Assembly: GCA_030141605.1 (NCBI GenBank)
Contig: JAQGDQ010000025.1
Coordinates: 168,907 to 232,906 of the forward strand
DNA from: Tubiluchus corallicola
Lineage: Eukaryota; Animalia; Priapulida
Reading direction: 5' to 3'
Length of the DNA stretch: 64,000 nucleotides
Part shown: piece after piece, positions 12,901-24,484 of the stretch
Numbering within the stretch: position 1 is the stretch's first letter
How the letters are laid out: each line of letters opens with the position of its first letter
Position numbers and translations under genes: made by a program
The notes under the pieces: generated by a model
What the model saw: only the letters and a program-made list of their open reading frames with translations
The model's database searches: none
Told to the model about the DNA's origin: nothing

Positions 12901-13806
12901 TTCAGTATGTTCCTCTAATCCCTATGCTATAACTGACCTTCCTGAGTATATAATAACTCAATGTTTATTGCTAAGATAGACTATAGAGATACACAAGGAC
13001 TGTTTAGACATATCAAATAAAAATGATTTTAGTTTCAACCAGGTTCCCGGTGACAGATAGGTACAAAAAAGGATCCCCGAGTTTGATTTTTAATAACCGA
13101 CTGAAGCTATTTTCAACAGTGATGTAACTTATGCAAGGTTTCGGTTATTGTGCTTCTAGGTTATTATACATACATTATTATAATAATGTATAAGATTACA
13201 TATTTTAGTACTGTATTTAATTTCCTTTTACTTTCTAAAGTTCAACTTACTGTAAAGTGAAATCTTAAAACGTGCCAAAATTTCTCTGAATCCTGGTGCA
13301 TAGAACCATGCACATTTTGCATAGTAACAGTATATTTTGTAAATGACAATAAGCAGAGACAAAGCAAGCTGAACATGAACTATGGCAAAAACTAAATCTG
13401 AACACGAAAACTTTTTGTTTAGCAAGACCACTACATTTCAACAAAACTTTATCATTCCTGGCAACTAATGCTGCATTGATCATAAGATGAAATGGGGTTC
13501 AGTTACAAGATTCGGTTTCAATCTGGTAAAATTGTGAGAGTTTGGACTTGATTTGGTTATGGTAATCAAGTAGAAATAACTTTCGAATTCGATTCAAGCT
13601 TCGTCCCACCCCTAACCAGTATTGCAGAAAATACACTTACCATCTTTAAACAGCTGCTCCAATGCGGCACAAACCTTATCATTGATATCGGCTTTAATAA
13701 GATTGTTATACTCTTCGGAATGTTCACCTTGATCAGTCTCCATTGGTTCAGTCTTTGCTTCACTTTCAGTGGCCGCTTCAACCTGTACTTGTCCTTCCTC
13801 CTCCAT
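6921..13806 (-). CDS. SYNCRIP: Heterogeneous nuclear ribonucleoprotein Q/R (Syncrip), 633 aa: acidic/NURR N-terminus, 3 RRMs, RGG-rich tail
   Basis: Coding exons 13806-13641, 12719-12496, 12274-12170, 11715-11539, 11107-10972, 9009-8876, 8226-8005, 7912-7675, 7529-7354 and 7244-6921 (1902 nt, all GT-AG). Family motifs: [80 protein letters not shown]. Confidence 0.97.
9082..9180 (+). mobile_element. Degenerate tRNA-derived SINE-like head
   Basis: A-box TGGTCTAATGG shared with the copy at 56944-57011. No intact B box. Confidence 0.4.
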
Positions 13807-14361
13807 TATTTACCTGTAAAATTCAACAAAAAATACGAATTGTTAATTAATGTGTCCCACATAACAGTTTAAAAAAATTATTTCTGCACACAGCTGCAAT
13901 TCTCAATAGCGTTTAACTGAATTGAAAGCTTAAAGCCAAAATTTCAGTATGCAACATAGCAGTCTACATGCACAAATGCGAAAGTTAATTAAGCTGACCA
14001 ATGAATCGGATTAGCTTATTTACAATAACCTTGCTGAGAAGAATGGGTTAGAGTTCCAAAGCTTTCAATACCTCGCCAGGCTGCTTTTACAATGATCACG
14101 GGTGCTGAATTAACAGCTATTTATATAACCCTGATTAAAAATACTTTATGGTGTTCTTAGTCAATCCTGATGACTCAGTTTCAAACATTTTTTTGAAAGT
14201 ATCTATCTTGTTAGCACTACTAACACTTTCATTACAGTTGCCCCAGGATGATATCACACTCCGTGTGAAGAATTGTTTACAGAACCTGAGCCAGTGACCT
14301 CTAGTAACATCTAGTGAAGCATTTTTCTCCTTTGATTTTGTAGCAACCGCGATGTATTCTC

Positions 14362-14500
14362 TGGGGGTGCACCAAAATTTGGAAACAGCGGGATTTCGGT
14401 TCGTTTCCTTGATATAAAAAAATTCGGTAAAGTTTTGTTTCGCCAAATTCAGAAATTCAGCCAAAGCTGTGCTAAATTCGGATTTGATTTAGTTTGATTA
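14362..14500. mobile_element. hAT-like MITE fragment
   Basis: Starts TGGGGGTGCACC, followed by repeated TTCGG/TTCAG subterminal motifs. No second end found. Confidence 0.4.
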
Positions 14501-14619
14501 AATAAATTAAATGCTGACATGGTAAAAAACTCCTTTTTAATAATTTCATAGTTCTCTGTGTGATCTTGAAAAGAAATTGTTCTTGCTAAAATAAGAGGTT
14601 TCATAACAATTGCCAAGAT

Positions 14620-15157
14620 CAGCACTACATCGGCGTTGTTAAAAAGTGGATGGCAAATTCTAATTGAACGGACGTGATGAAAGTATGGATGCAATGAACG
14701 TAAATTGGACGTCTATTCACAAATTTAACAGACGTAGTTAAAATAAAAATTATGTGGTAAAAACTAATCAAACTGGTTTGTATTTGATATGGAAGTCCTT
14801 AACGTTTAAATTAACGTCCAGCTTATACTAAACATTACGCACACAACGTCAACAATTAATTACATAGGTCCATCGATTTGAAATTATGTACGACGCGTTC
14901 AAATATACATACAAAATGACATCTACTGTGTTCAAATACACATAGTAAATGGACGCTCGACGTTACGTTCACAATTACTTTGGTCCATCAGTCCCGTAAA
15001 CGGGCGTTCAATTTACATCCATTACCTCCAAAATTACGTCCAACGAAATATAGTAAACGGACGTCCATCACGTCCGTCGGAATACGTTCATCGGTTTAGT
15101 GAATGAACGCTCAAAATTACGTCCATCTCATCTAAAATCACGTTCACCAAAATAGGG
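14620..15157. mobile_element. Degenerate foldback-like DNA element with dense GGACGT/ACGTCC/AACGT motifs
   Basis: Many short ACGT-centred motifs, mostly GGACGT/GAACGT in the left part and ACGTCC/ACGTTC in the right part. Ends not resolved. Confidence 0.5.
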
Positions 15158-15271
15158 AGACCCAAAGTGGACATCACTGCAGGATCAGCATCGCCGACTA
15201 ACCTAACAGTAACATCATTAACTAAAGCACCAGTACTCCAATCAAATAAACAAAAATACGTTGATACTTAC

Positions 15272-15390
15272 TTTTATTATGATTATGTTATGAAAGACAA
15301 TAAAGGAACTAGAGAACTAAGCATTTATTAAATTTTTTATGCTTCCACACAGAACTACAAAGCCGCAAAAACGAGGAGTGAAGAGAGAAA
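15272..15390 (-). other. SYNCRIP: Probable non-coding first exon of Syncrip
   Basis: The ATG exon has an acceptor 7 nt upstream (13814), so a further exon is required. A consensus donor GTAAGT lies at 15271-15266 and a pyrimidine-rich putative start TTTCTCTCTTC near 15390. Confidence 0.5.
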
Positions 15391-15620
15391 TTTCGGGGGT
15401 TTACGCACTGAGCAAAGGGCTTTGTTTGATTTCGATTATCTTTTACGACCTGCACATTCTCGCAGACACCTGGGTACGGGACATCCGAAGCTTGATTGCT
15501 TAGTAATAATAATTATTATTGGTCTGACGAACACAAATATATTCCTTAACCATTTTTGAATATGAACTCCTTTATATTTAACTTTTAACAAATTTCAGTT
15601 TTTGCCATACCTATAGTTAT

Positions 15621-16049
15621 TAGGGGTGAGCATTCTCTACCAGAAAGCGAATTCGAACCGAGCCGAATCTGTGACTTTCGAATTCGAATTGAACCGAACT
15701 TCAGTGTTTCGAATTCGAATTGAGATTGAACGATTTTCGAACTAGTTTTCGAACCACCAGTAAAAATTAGTCTTACAAAGATCATGCATATCACTAGATT
15801 TTGTTCTGCAATAAAACAACTAGTAATTTGCTTAAAGTTGTGCATGGAAATAACAACTAAATTATGTTAATTGCATGATGTTTCAATCGTTTAAATGATG
15901 AGGAATATATGTGATTGAAGTGCTGAATTTTTCGAATCTATAGTTTTGGATTCGAATCGAGTTCGAACTAAAAAAACTCGTTCAAATCGAATTCGAGCAT
16001 TCGAATTCGATTCGAATGTTCGAACTCGAACGTTCGATGCTCAACCCTA
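15621..16049. mobile_element. hAT-family MITE, 429 bp, intact ends
   Basis: TIRs TAGGGGTGAGCAT / ATGCTCAACCCTA, perfect 8-bp TSD ATAGTTAT (15613-15620 and 16050-16057), TTCGAA-rich subterminal repeats. Confidence 0.93.
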
Positions 16050-16836
16050 ATAGTTATTTGCAAACTGTTATTATCCATCATGCTAGTGGATATTATAATT
16101 ATAGTTCTCTATACGTCTACTTGCTTGCCAGTGTACGTGCAATGTATCTGTGCAATAAAATTAATTCAAATGAAATTGATTCGAGTATAATAATTATGGT
16201 AACATAAAAATGAAAAGTATCTGTTTGTGTGCCATATTGGCACCAAAAAAAGTAAACAAAAAAGTCCAACTGAAAAAGTACAGTAAAAAGACTACAAAAA
16301 AGTGACAGTACAGTGTCCTGATTCTACAATGAGTCTTTGACGTGTTTGACCTTGAATGAATTTTATTATTAAATACATGTCACTAGACCCTATTTCAATA
16401 ATAAACCTAATTCAAGGAACAAAAGGAATAATTACATTGATGCAAACATCCTATGGCAAAAAAAGATTTCTCCAATACTTTTTATTAAACATAATGTTTG
16501 AATTGTATATCAATACTTTAACATCAATTCCTCACTGTGTGATAAAAACTGGTGTATTTGAAACTACATAATTAATTTTAATAAAAAATCCTTCATATTA
16601 GTAACAACAACTTTAAGGTTTTTCATAAAATTAATAAATCCAATAAAACTAAACACTGTGACTACATTTGCAACTGTTATAACGCAAAAATAAGCAAAAA
16701 GGAAAACAGAGTTTCACTAAGGATTAACAATAAAAGAGTGAGTTTAAGAAAATTTCAAAAATGGCAAAATTCGGCTTGATTCGAGTTCAAAGGCAATAAA
16801 ATTACAGTCAATACAAATTCGCTTTCTGGTAGGGAA

Positions 16837-17081
16837 TAGAGGCGGGCATCGAGCATTCGAGTCCGAAATCGATTCGAACAAGTTTTTTTACTTTGAATTG
16901 TGATTGTGGATTCGAATAATTCACCACTTCAACCAATAAGTGTTCTACTGGTTTATCATTCAAACTTTTAAAACAGCATGCAATCAACACAATTTGGTTG
17001 TGATTTCTGTACACAGTTTTTCAAGTCCAACAGCCAAAATTCGATTCGAATTAGCTATCTGAAAGAGAATGCTCAGCCCTA
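16837..17081. mobile_element. Second, older and shorter copy of the same hAT MITE in inverted orientation
   Basis: Ends TAGAGGCGGGCATCG and GAGAATGCTCAGCCCTA, degenerate TSD GTAGGGAA/GTAAAGAA (6/8), same TTCGAA motifs. Confidence 0.8.
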
Positions 17082-17209
17082 GTAAAGAATGCTTATACTT
17101 ATTATTCATCTTCGACATTCTTCGTCGCTTTTCCTGATGAGAAATTGGCTCGCAACGGATAGTTGCTGTGCACGTAAAAATCTCGCTACTTCAGGATTAA
17201 AAAGTCGAC

Positions 17210-17223
17210 GTTGTTATGGCAAC
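17210..17223. promoter_or_regulatory. RFX X-box upstream of DNAJB13
   Basis: GTTGTTATGGCAAC fits the X-box consensus GTHNYY-AT-RRNAAC and lies about 130 bp upstream of the ATG of a ciliary gene. Confidence 0.75.
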
Positions 17224-17355
17224 AGAATTATGTAGTAGCCTAATAGGGCAGAGAGAAACGTCAAATGCAGAGATTATCTGTCCGTGCTTCCAACATTTTT
17301 CATTTTTACATTTATACGAAATTTAGCAAAGAATGGCATCTATGTAGTAATAATT

Positions 17356-20300
17356 ATGAGGTTAATTGACTACTATTCTTGCCTTGGCTTAACCAGATCT
17401 GCCACAAGCACAGATATAAAAAAAGCGTAAGTCAGACTCACGGATGGGTAAGCTTTCGAATAATATTATACCGAACGTTCAACCTCGCGTGGATGTTTTG
17501 ATTGTGAATGATGTTCAAAGTTTTTCTGTTTCACGCCGTTTTATGCAATAACAGGCTCAGGTTAGACTAAACTGATGTAAACTGGAAACTTCAGAACAAG
17601 GGAACGATGTAGACGAGTGAATTGACAATTTAATATTAATAATAATTAAATTATGTTTGCTTGCACATAGTCACACTTGTCGCATGCAAGTAGAAATATC
17701 TATAGACAACAAGCCAGATAAATATCCTTTGCATGAATATAATGATGTCAAAGCATTTATATTAGATCTGCCTAAATATTACTGTTTAGCTGACATAAAG
17801 TTTAAACAAATTAAACTTTAAAATTAAAGTTTAAAGGGTGTTAATTGCATGAATGAATGTAAATTGTTCAATTCTCAAATTACTAAAACATCGAAAGCTA
17901 TAATTGACCCAGTTAACTTTGCAATTGAAATCAAATTACCTGCCTGTTTGTTATGCAGAAGAATCACTTCGTTCGTACTTCTCATCAAAATATTCGTCGG
18001 TGTCAGTTTCAAAAGATATCAGTACAACTATTTCTGCCATATAGGGATCTGTTTATACCAACCGCCCATTTAACCTGTATAATTCTTACGTTTCTATAAC
18101 CTGTAAAGAATATTTGTTCTTTATTCTCTATGATCTTGTATAGTTTTTGCAAGCTACGACATTGTTCTTCTTGTAATGTCCTGCCTAGTATTTTTCAACC
18201 AATTAAAGCTGTTGTTTTTGCTTTCCTTTGTATGTCATTAAGCATATCTTTCTGATGATAAAATATGGTTAGTATAACAATTCTAATGACATGCAAACTA
18301 ACAACAGAATAACCATTTTTGCAAATTTTAATTTGTAGTTTTGAACATGTAAGTCCTAGGTCTATAAATGTTAGCTTCTCACTTAATATACCTTTCACAT
18401 TTTTCCTAATTGCAAATGGTACATGTTGTGTTTTTCACTCAACTCAAGTAACATATTTGCATCATGTGCATATACAGCTGGACAAATTTCCGAGCATTCA
18501 TTCTTCTCTCATTTGTAGTGAGTGATTGTGCCCTGAGGCATGCTAAAACTTTTATTGAGCTAGCAGTGCCATTTAAAGCTTGCATCTTTCTAAGTTGCGG
18601 CCATCGAATAGTCATTGTCTCGTAGAACAGATCTTCTTTTGCTGAAGATATGGGGTACTATTTTCTTGGCTTTGAATACGCTAATCTGCTAACTTTTGCA
18701 GGTATCGCAGACTCGCTCTGAAGTATCACCCAAAACGGAATGCAGATCCAGAAGAAACGGACAAGTTTTATCAAATAGCCGAGGCCTATGATGTTCTAAT
18801 TAATGGTAGGCGATAATTTTTGTCTATCTGTCATTTCTATGTGATGCCCTGATAACAAATTATGATAGTATAGCTAATGTTATAAGTGTAATGGTTTGAA
18901 CAATTCATGGTTAACATTGACGATGTTAACGGTGAAGGTAAGAGAAATAATTCAATTCAATTCAATTTTTATTTTCTCAATAGCAGTTTAAAATTCATCT
19001 TAATTATTTTTATATTTCATTGTAGCCGAGAAGGAGCAGTGAAAGACCTATTGGTCACTTGGTCAGCTGACCCTTATTAAAGATACAAGTTTATTTACAG
19101 GGTGATGACATTTTTATGAAACAAACGCAATTCAACTGAAAACAAAAGAAATTATCATAAGCAAGACAAAACAGGATTCAACTAAGGGCAAAAATTATAT
19201 CACACAAAAGCAACAAAATCAAACTCAAGAGCAAAAACAAAATTCCGCTTAACAAAAACAGAAATAAGCTGTGCTATAAGCATAAAAAACTAGTGAAGTT
19301 ACTCGTTAAATGTCAGGAAGGCATTACTGTTATTGCTCAGAACTTAAAAGAAAGGGTACATGCTTTATGTTTTTTGCACTCTCGTTTTGGACATTTGCTT
19401 GATTCTCGAGCAGTGGTTTTCCTTGTGAATCTGAGCAATCAGGTACTTTTCGGTAAAAGCAGCCTCCTCAGAATGAAACCTAAAATTGCCTCGATCAAGT
19501 ATTTCACTGCAGTCTGCACTAAAAGTCTAGAACTAACACTTCTAAGCTAGTGGAACTTTCCAAAAGTAAGAGATGATCTGGTTATTGGTCATCATGCATT
19601 TTGCCATGAAGTTAAGCAATGCCAGGCCTGGTTAGTAAATGGGTGTTTACACTCAGTTGCTTATTGACTTCAAGTGTGATTAGTGGTTACAATATATAAA
19701 CTTTTCTTTTTTGTTGCAGATCTGTGTATATAATTATCTGTTTTGTAATTATAATTAACTGCTAATTATTATTATTATATCTTCTATACTATAGACAAAC
19801 TGAGAGCCATTTATGATCAGTTTGGTGAAGAAGGGTTAAGACGTGGCGTTCCACTTATAAGTGATGACGACGGTACAAATTTTACTGAACCGTACATTTT
19901 TCACGGAGATGCTGAAAAAGTATTTAAGGACTTCTTTGGGGGCATCAATCCATTTTCAGGTAAGTTTGAAACTCACGAAATCTTGTGGCAGTAATAACAC
20001 ATTAAAGATAAACTGCAAGAATATAAAGACGAATAATGCTGGTAAGTAAGATTAACAAGTAATAGCTGATTAATCACCAGAAGCCTTTTTTCGTACAAAT
20101 ATATTAATAACACATAAAGCCATGTTAACTAGAATATCCTCAGTAATGAAACGAAAAGCAAAACAGGATTTTGATTTTGTTGTGGGAGTTTGTATGAATT
20201 CTACTAGTTCTTGTCATTGATAATTATTTCTGTGTAAAAAGTTTTTTCAGGATGAGAATAACAATGAATTTTCTGTTTAGATTACTTTACCGGAATAGTA

Positions 20301-21948
20301 AATGATCCTGCCACAGGACTTGGAGGCCTGGGAGGAAAACACCGTGCAAGAAAACAAGATCCATCCATCGAACAAGAACTTCAGTTGACACTCGAAGAGT
20401 GTTTTTATGGTTGCACCAAGAAAATGAAAATTTCAAGAAGGGTAAAACACTTATTTATCATTTATCCACAATTCATCACTGTTTCCATTACTGGATTTTC
20501 ATGCAAAGTTTGTTGCAGGTTCTGAACGAAGATGGTGAAACGACAACCATGAGAGAGAAAATTTTGACGATTCCAGTTCAAAGAGGTTGTAAAGTTGGGA
20601 CAAGATTTACATTTCCACAAGAGGGAGATCAAGGACCTAATATTATTCCAGGTGCTGCATGTAGCAATAAACCACTTTTATTAATGACTAGTTCGGAATC
20701 CAAAGCTTTATGTTATGCACTTTCCACATGCACATGCAAACAGAATAAGTTTTGCTCAAACAGTATATGGATTTGTAAAATGCCTACCTGCTTGGATGTG
20801 ATTTAGAACACCATGGCATCTGTTTTTTGTGAAAATTTAAAATATGCATTCTTTGTGTCTTAATAATAAACGGGTGCTGACTTTTGTATTACGTAAAGAC
20901 CAATCACACCGAGTAGATCATGGTGAAACAAACCTCTTTATAGAGTTACTTCCTGAGTAACACAAAAATTTCGTCTGGAAACAATTAATTGTCTAGCTAT
21001 TAAAGGTAACCGCAATGATTTTTTGATCATAGGTTATTCTAAAGCAGGTAAAAATTTCATTTTATGTGCATATTTGGTATGTACTTAATATATTAAATGC
21101 TAAAGTGATTTTTACATTTAAGTATAAGTTTGGTTGGCAAGCAAAGCTAACAATGGCATCACTATTGGCTGCAATTTTCTAACATCAAAAGTCAGGTAAA
21201 TATTGCACCAGAAGTATCACATAGTTATCCATGTGTCTGCTAATCCCAGAAAATACCTGTTATGGTGAATTTAACAGGAATAGAGGACAGTTCTTACCAT
21301 ATTCTATCCCATAACAATTCTGCCAAATATCTACATCTTCGACTTGCATTTTTTACAGCCGATCTAATATTTGTAACAGTTGAAAAACCCCATCCGCTCT
21401 TCCGCCGGGATGGTCCGGATTTGATCTACACGGAAAATGTCGAACTGGGTGAAGCTCTAGGAGGTTATACAGTACAGCTGCAAACCATTGATGATCGCAA
21501 GCTAAGAATTCCTATTAATGATATCATAAAGTAAGTGGATAGCAGACTTTTAGAATTTCGTGACATCATCCGTACAAAGCAGCTAGTGAAATTTTGGAAG
21601 TATATTTATTGTAATGTAAACAATGTATTATAATACGCAATCAATGTGTTTTATTCTAAAGTGATAATCGATAATGTCCGGATTTCGGCTAATGTTAGGC
21701 TGAAAAAACTTACAAAAACCCACAATGGTATAATTTACATGACAAAATGCTAACTATATTTTGCATTATTTTAAACCTTGTACGTGTATTACAGACCTGA
21801 CTATGTCAAAATTGTACCAGGAGAGGGGATGCCTCTGTCACACAGCAACTTCTCTGAAAAGGGAAACTTGAGAATCGAATTCAATGTTGGTTTTCCTAAG
21901 CGTCTCACTGCACAGCAAAAACTTGCCGTAAAGAAAGACCTAAAGTGA
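17356..21948 (+). CDS. DNAJB13: DnaJ homolog subfamily B member 13 (radial-spoke HSP40, RSP16-like), 319 aa
   Basis: Exons 17356-17426, 18702-18805, 19795-19959, 20281-20441, 20519-20651, 21359-21530 and 21795-21948 (960 nt). Motifs: [91 protein letters not shown]. Confidence 0.94.
18947..19565 (-). mobile_element. Possible degenerate LINE 3' end (CR1/L2-like)
   Basis: On the minus strand a (TTGAA)3 tail is preceded by a GC-richer 3' segment and a T-rich UTR-like tract. No intact ORF. Confidence 0.4.
19608..19645 (+). pseudogene. 5S rRNA-derived fragment (pseudogene or SINE3-like head)
   Basis: GAAGTTAAGCAATGCCAGGCCTGGTTAGTA resembles the internal control region of metazoan 5S rRNA (GAAGYTAAGCA..GTCGGGCCYGGTTAGTA). 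The rest of 5S is not recognisable. Confidence 0.6.
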
Positions 21949-23243
21949 CTAGTCTATATATCAAATTGCTTTGTGGATAGAGATTTTTATTAAGTATTTT
22001 ATCTAGTATTAATAAGAGTACTGGTGCATATGGCTCTGCATTTACAGCTTAACTGTTGTTGTTGTTGTTTAGAAGAGCTTGGCTCATTAAATCTTAGTGC
22101 ACAATTGTATGTACTGTTTCTTGCTTGCATAAAATTTTACATATAAATGTGCAAATATCTTTCGTGTTTAACTTGTAATATTGCTTCCCTAATTGCTACA
22201 GCATGCACCACCTAATGCCAGTTTAATTTAGAGCCCTGTTATGCCAGAAGTAATTATATGTAACACGGCAAATATGACAATATCATGAAATTTATTTACA
22301 ATGATAATGCATAGCATTTTTCTTAAATAAAATTCTTATCAAATAACATGGCCAGTTCATGCACTTATACTGTATGACTGATGTATCTATATGATATCTT
22401 TACACTCAAGCTAAATTCATTATTATCTAACAGCTTTAGACTAGACTGCACACTTCTGCTTTCAAACACAGAGAGCAAAGCTAACTAATGATAAAATCAA
22501 GGCGTGTGTCAATATTGATAGAGTTTACTGATGACAGTATAAAAATTTCGTATAGTCACACGTGTATAAAAAATGAGATGCAAAACTCTCCAAACACTCT
22601 CAACAAATCAGAATTTGATTCACATGTTCCGAGATAAATTTAACTTGCAACACTCCTTCAAACCTAAAAAGAGTAAAAAACTGAAGCAATAAATTTTGAT
22701 GATAAATAAACTTCTACAATAAGAAAGCGTAGATAAATGTTTTTGATCAAGTGTATATATATCGAGCAGTTTTTTCAAACGTAATAACCACTGGCTTAGT
22801 ATAGAACATGATAGCTTTATAAAGTCTTCATAACTTCCATGAAAATAAGTAATGTCTGGCTCTGTAGCTAGTATGTTTTGCACAGCTAAAGAGCCAAATA
22901 CATGGCCATTTTGTTGCAAATGAAACTTACTCCATTGCATTACTTTGAAAGAAATATCAATATTACTTTATCAGGCAAGTCAGAGATTAAATTTGCAAAA
23001 TAAAGTGAAATAAGCCTTCTACACTATAGGCCCAGAAGACCAAATTTCAGTGCTTGCAATTTCAGTACTAATACTGAAGTAGGAGCACAAGTGCACTTCC
23101 TCTTTTTAAACTCCAGTAAATGTGACCAAATTTTAACTTTGAATTCAGTGTCATAAATAAAAGAACACACTGCTTTGCTATAATAATAGTCTACAAACAG
23201 CTTTTCTTACCTGTAATGAGTTACAAATAGAAAGTCATTCCTG

Positions 23244-24271
23244 CTATACGTTGAACCCTAATGCTCTCATGCAGGCTTTGTGAGCTTCTATTAAATGCAG
23301 ACAATTTTCTTCGCCATTCTGAATGATGCTAAAAAATATAAGAAACTTATACTATGCTGTGCAGCTTGAAGCCCAGCGATATGACGAGATAAGCCTCAGC
23401 TTTGCATAAAACAGTAATGTAATTTCTGTGACTTGGTAACTTAAGATCTTAAAACACAGAAGAGCCGCTGTGTGTTCTAGCAAAGTTTTTGCTTAATTGT
23501 TCTATCAGATGTTACCATAAAGCATGTAGAATTTTTGGCTTTACTTAGATTTGGCAAAGAGGTTGTTTTTTAATCGGGTTCTGTTTATGGACTTATTCAG
23601 ATGACATTTAAAATGTGCGTAAAGAAAAAACTGGTGGGATTTTCATTTTTACATTCAGTGAGCAAAGAAAATGCATTTTATTAAAGATTAGTAAAGACAA
23701 AAATACGTGCAAAAGTTTTTGGCCAAGGACATCTGAAGTGATCTACGTGGACTCAAGTGATTCAGTTTGGTGGAGAGTTCAACTAAAGGATGATAACAAA
23801 TCGAAAAGATTTTGGTGCTCCGGGACTGTAAGTAGAAAAAATAAAAATTTATATGCAGCAAATATAGTAGAAACTTATGCACAAATTGTTGTAATAATGT
23901 GCATGCAGCAAGCCAGATAAGGTATCAAGTCGGTCAGAAGTCACAACCCTGGAGTATCTTGAAAATTAAGACACGTACTTTACTTACAGATACTCTAGTA
24001 CAATTATAGTACCAAACTTCAGCAGTGCTATATTCTTATCAAGTACACTTTGGCGTATTTCTATTATTTGTGTTACTTTGCACCAATACTTAGTATAAAA
24101 CTAATATTACTATTACTAGTATTACTAAAAATTAAAGTATTATTTAACAACACTTGACAATCTTCACCATTCGTCACGAATCTTTTTTGTTTCCGGGCAT
24201 GCACAGCAAGGTTTGAGCTTTTTGTCGTCATCCTGTTTCTTTTCTTGTGGTTTTTCTTTTCCTTTGTCCAT
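23244..24271 (-). CDS. COX17: Cytochrome c oxidase copper chaperone COX17, 62 aa
   Basis: Exons 24271-24168 and 23328-23244 translate to [62 protein letters not shown], with the [10 protein letters not shown] copper motif and twin CX9C. A further donor CAG|GTAAG at 23210 lies in the 3' UTR. Confidence 0.97.
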
Positions 24272-24484
24272 TTTATTATAAAAAATTATAACATTTTACT
24301 AAACGTCGCACGTGTTTGACTTTCAGGCTGTACTCAGTTGTAACCAATAGATGGCGCAAATACTTCCAGTCGTAAACAGTCGATCATGAGACTACGGGAA
24401 AAATCTGAACGTTTTTTATGAGCATAGCTGTCAGATTTATTGTATAATGTGTTTCTAAGAATATTGTAACGCTTTTGTTCAAAA
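24272..24484. promoter_or_regulatory. Bidirectional promoter shared by COX17 and TRAPPC3
   Basis: Only 213 bp separate the divergent ATGs. It contains CACGTG (24309), CCAAT (24344) and a YY1-like AGATGGCG (24349). Confidence 0.8.
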
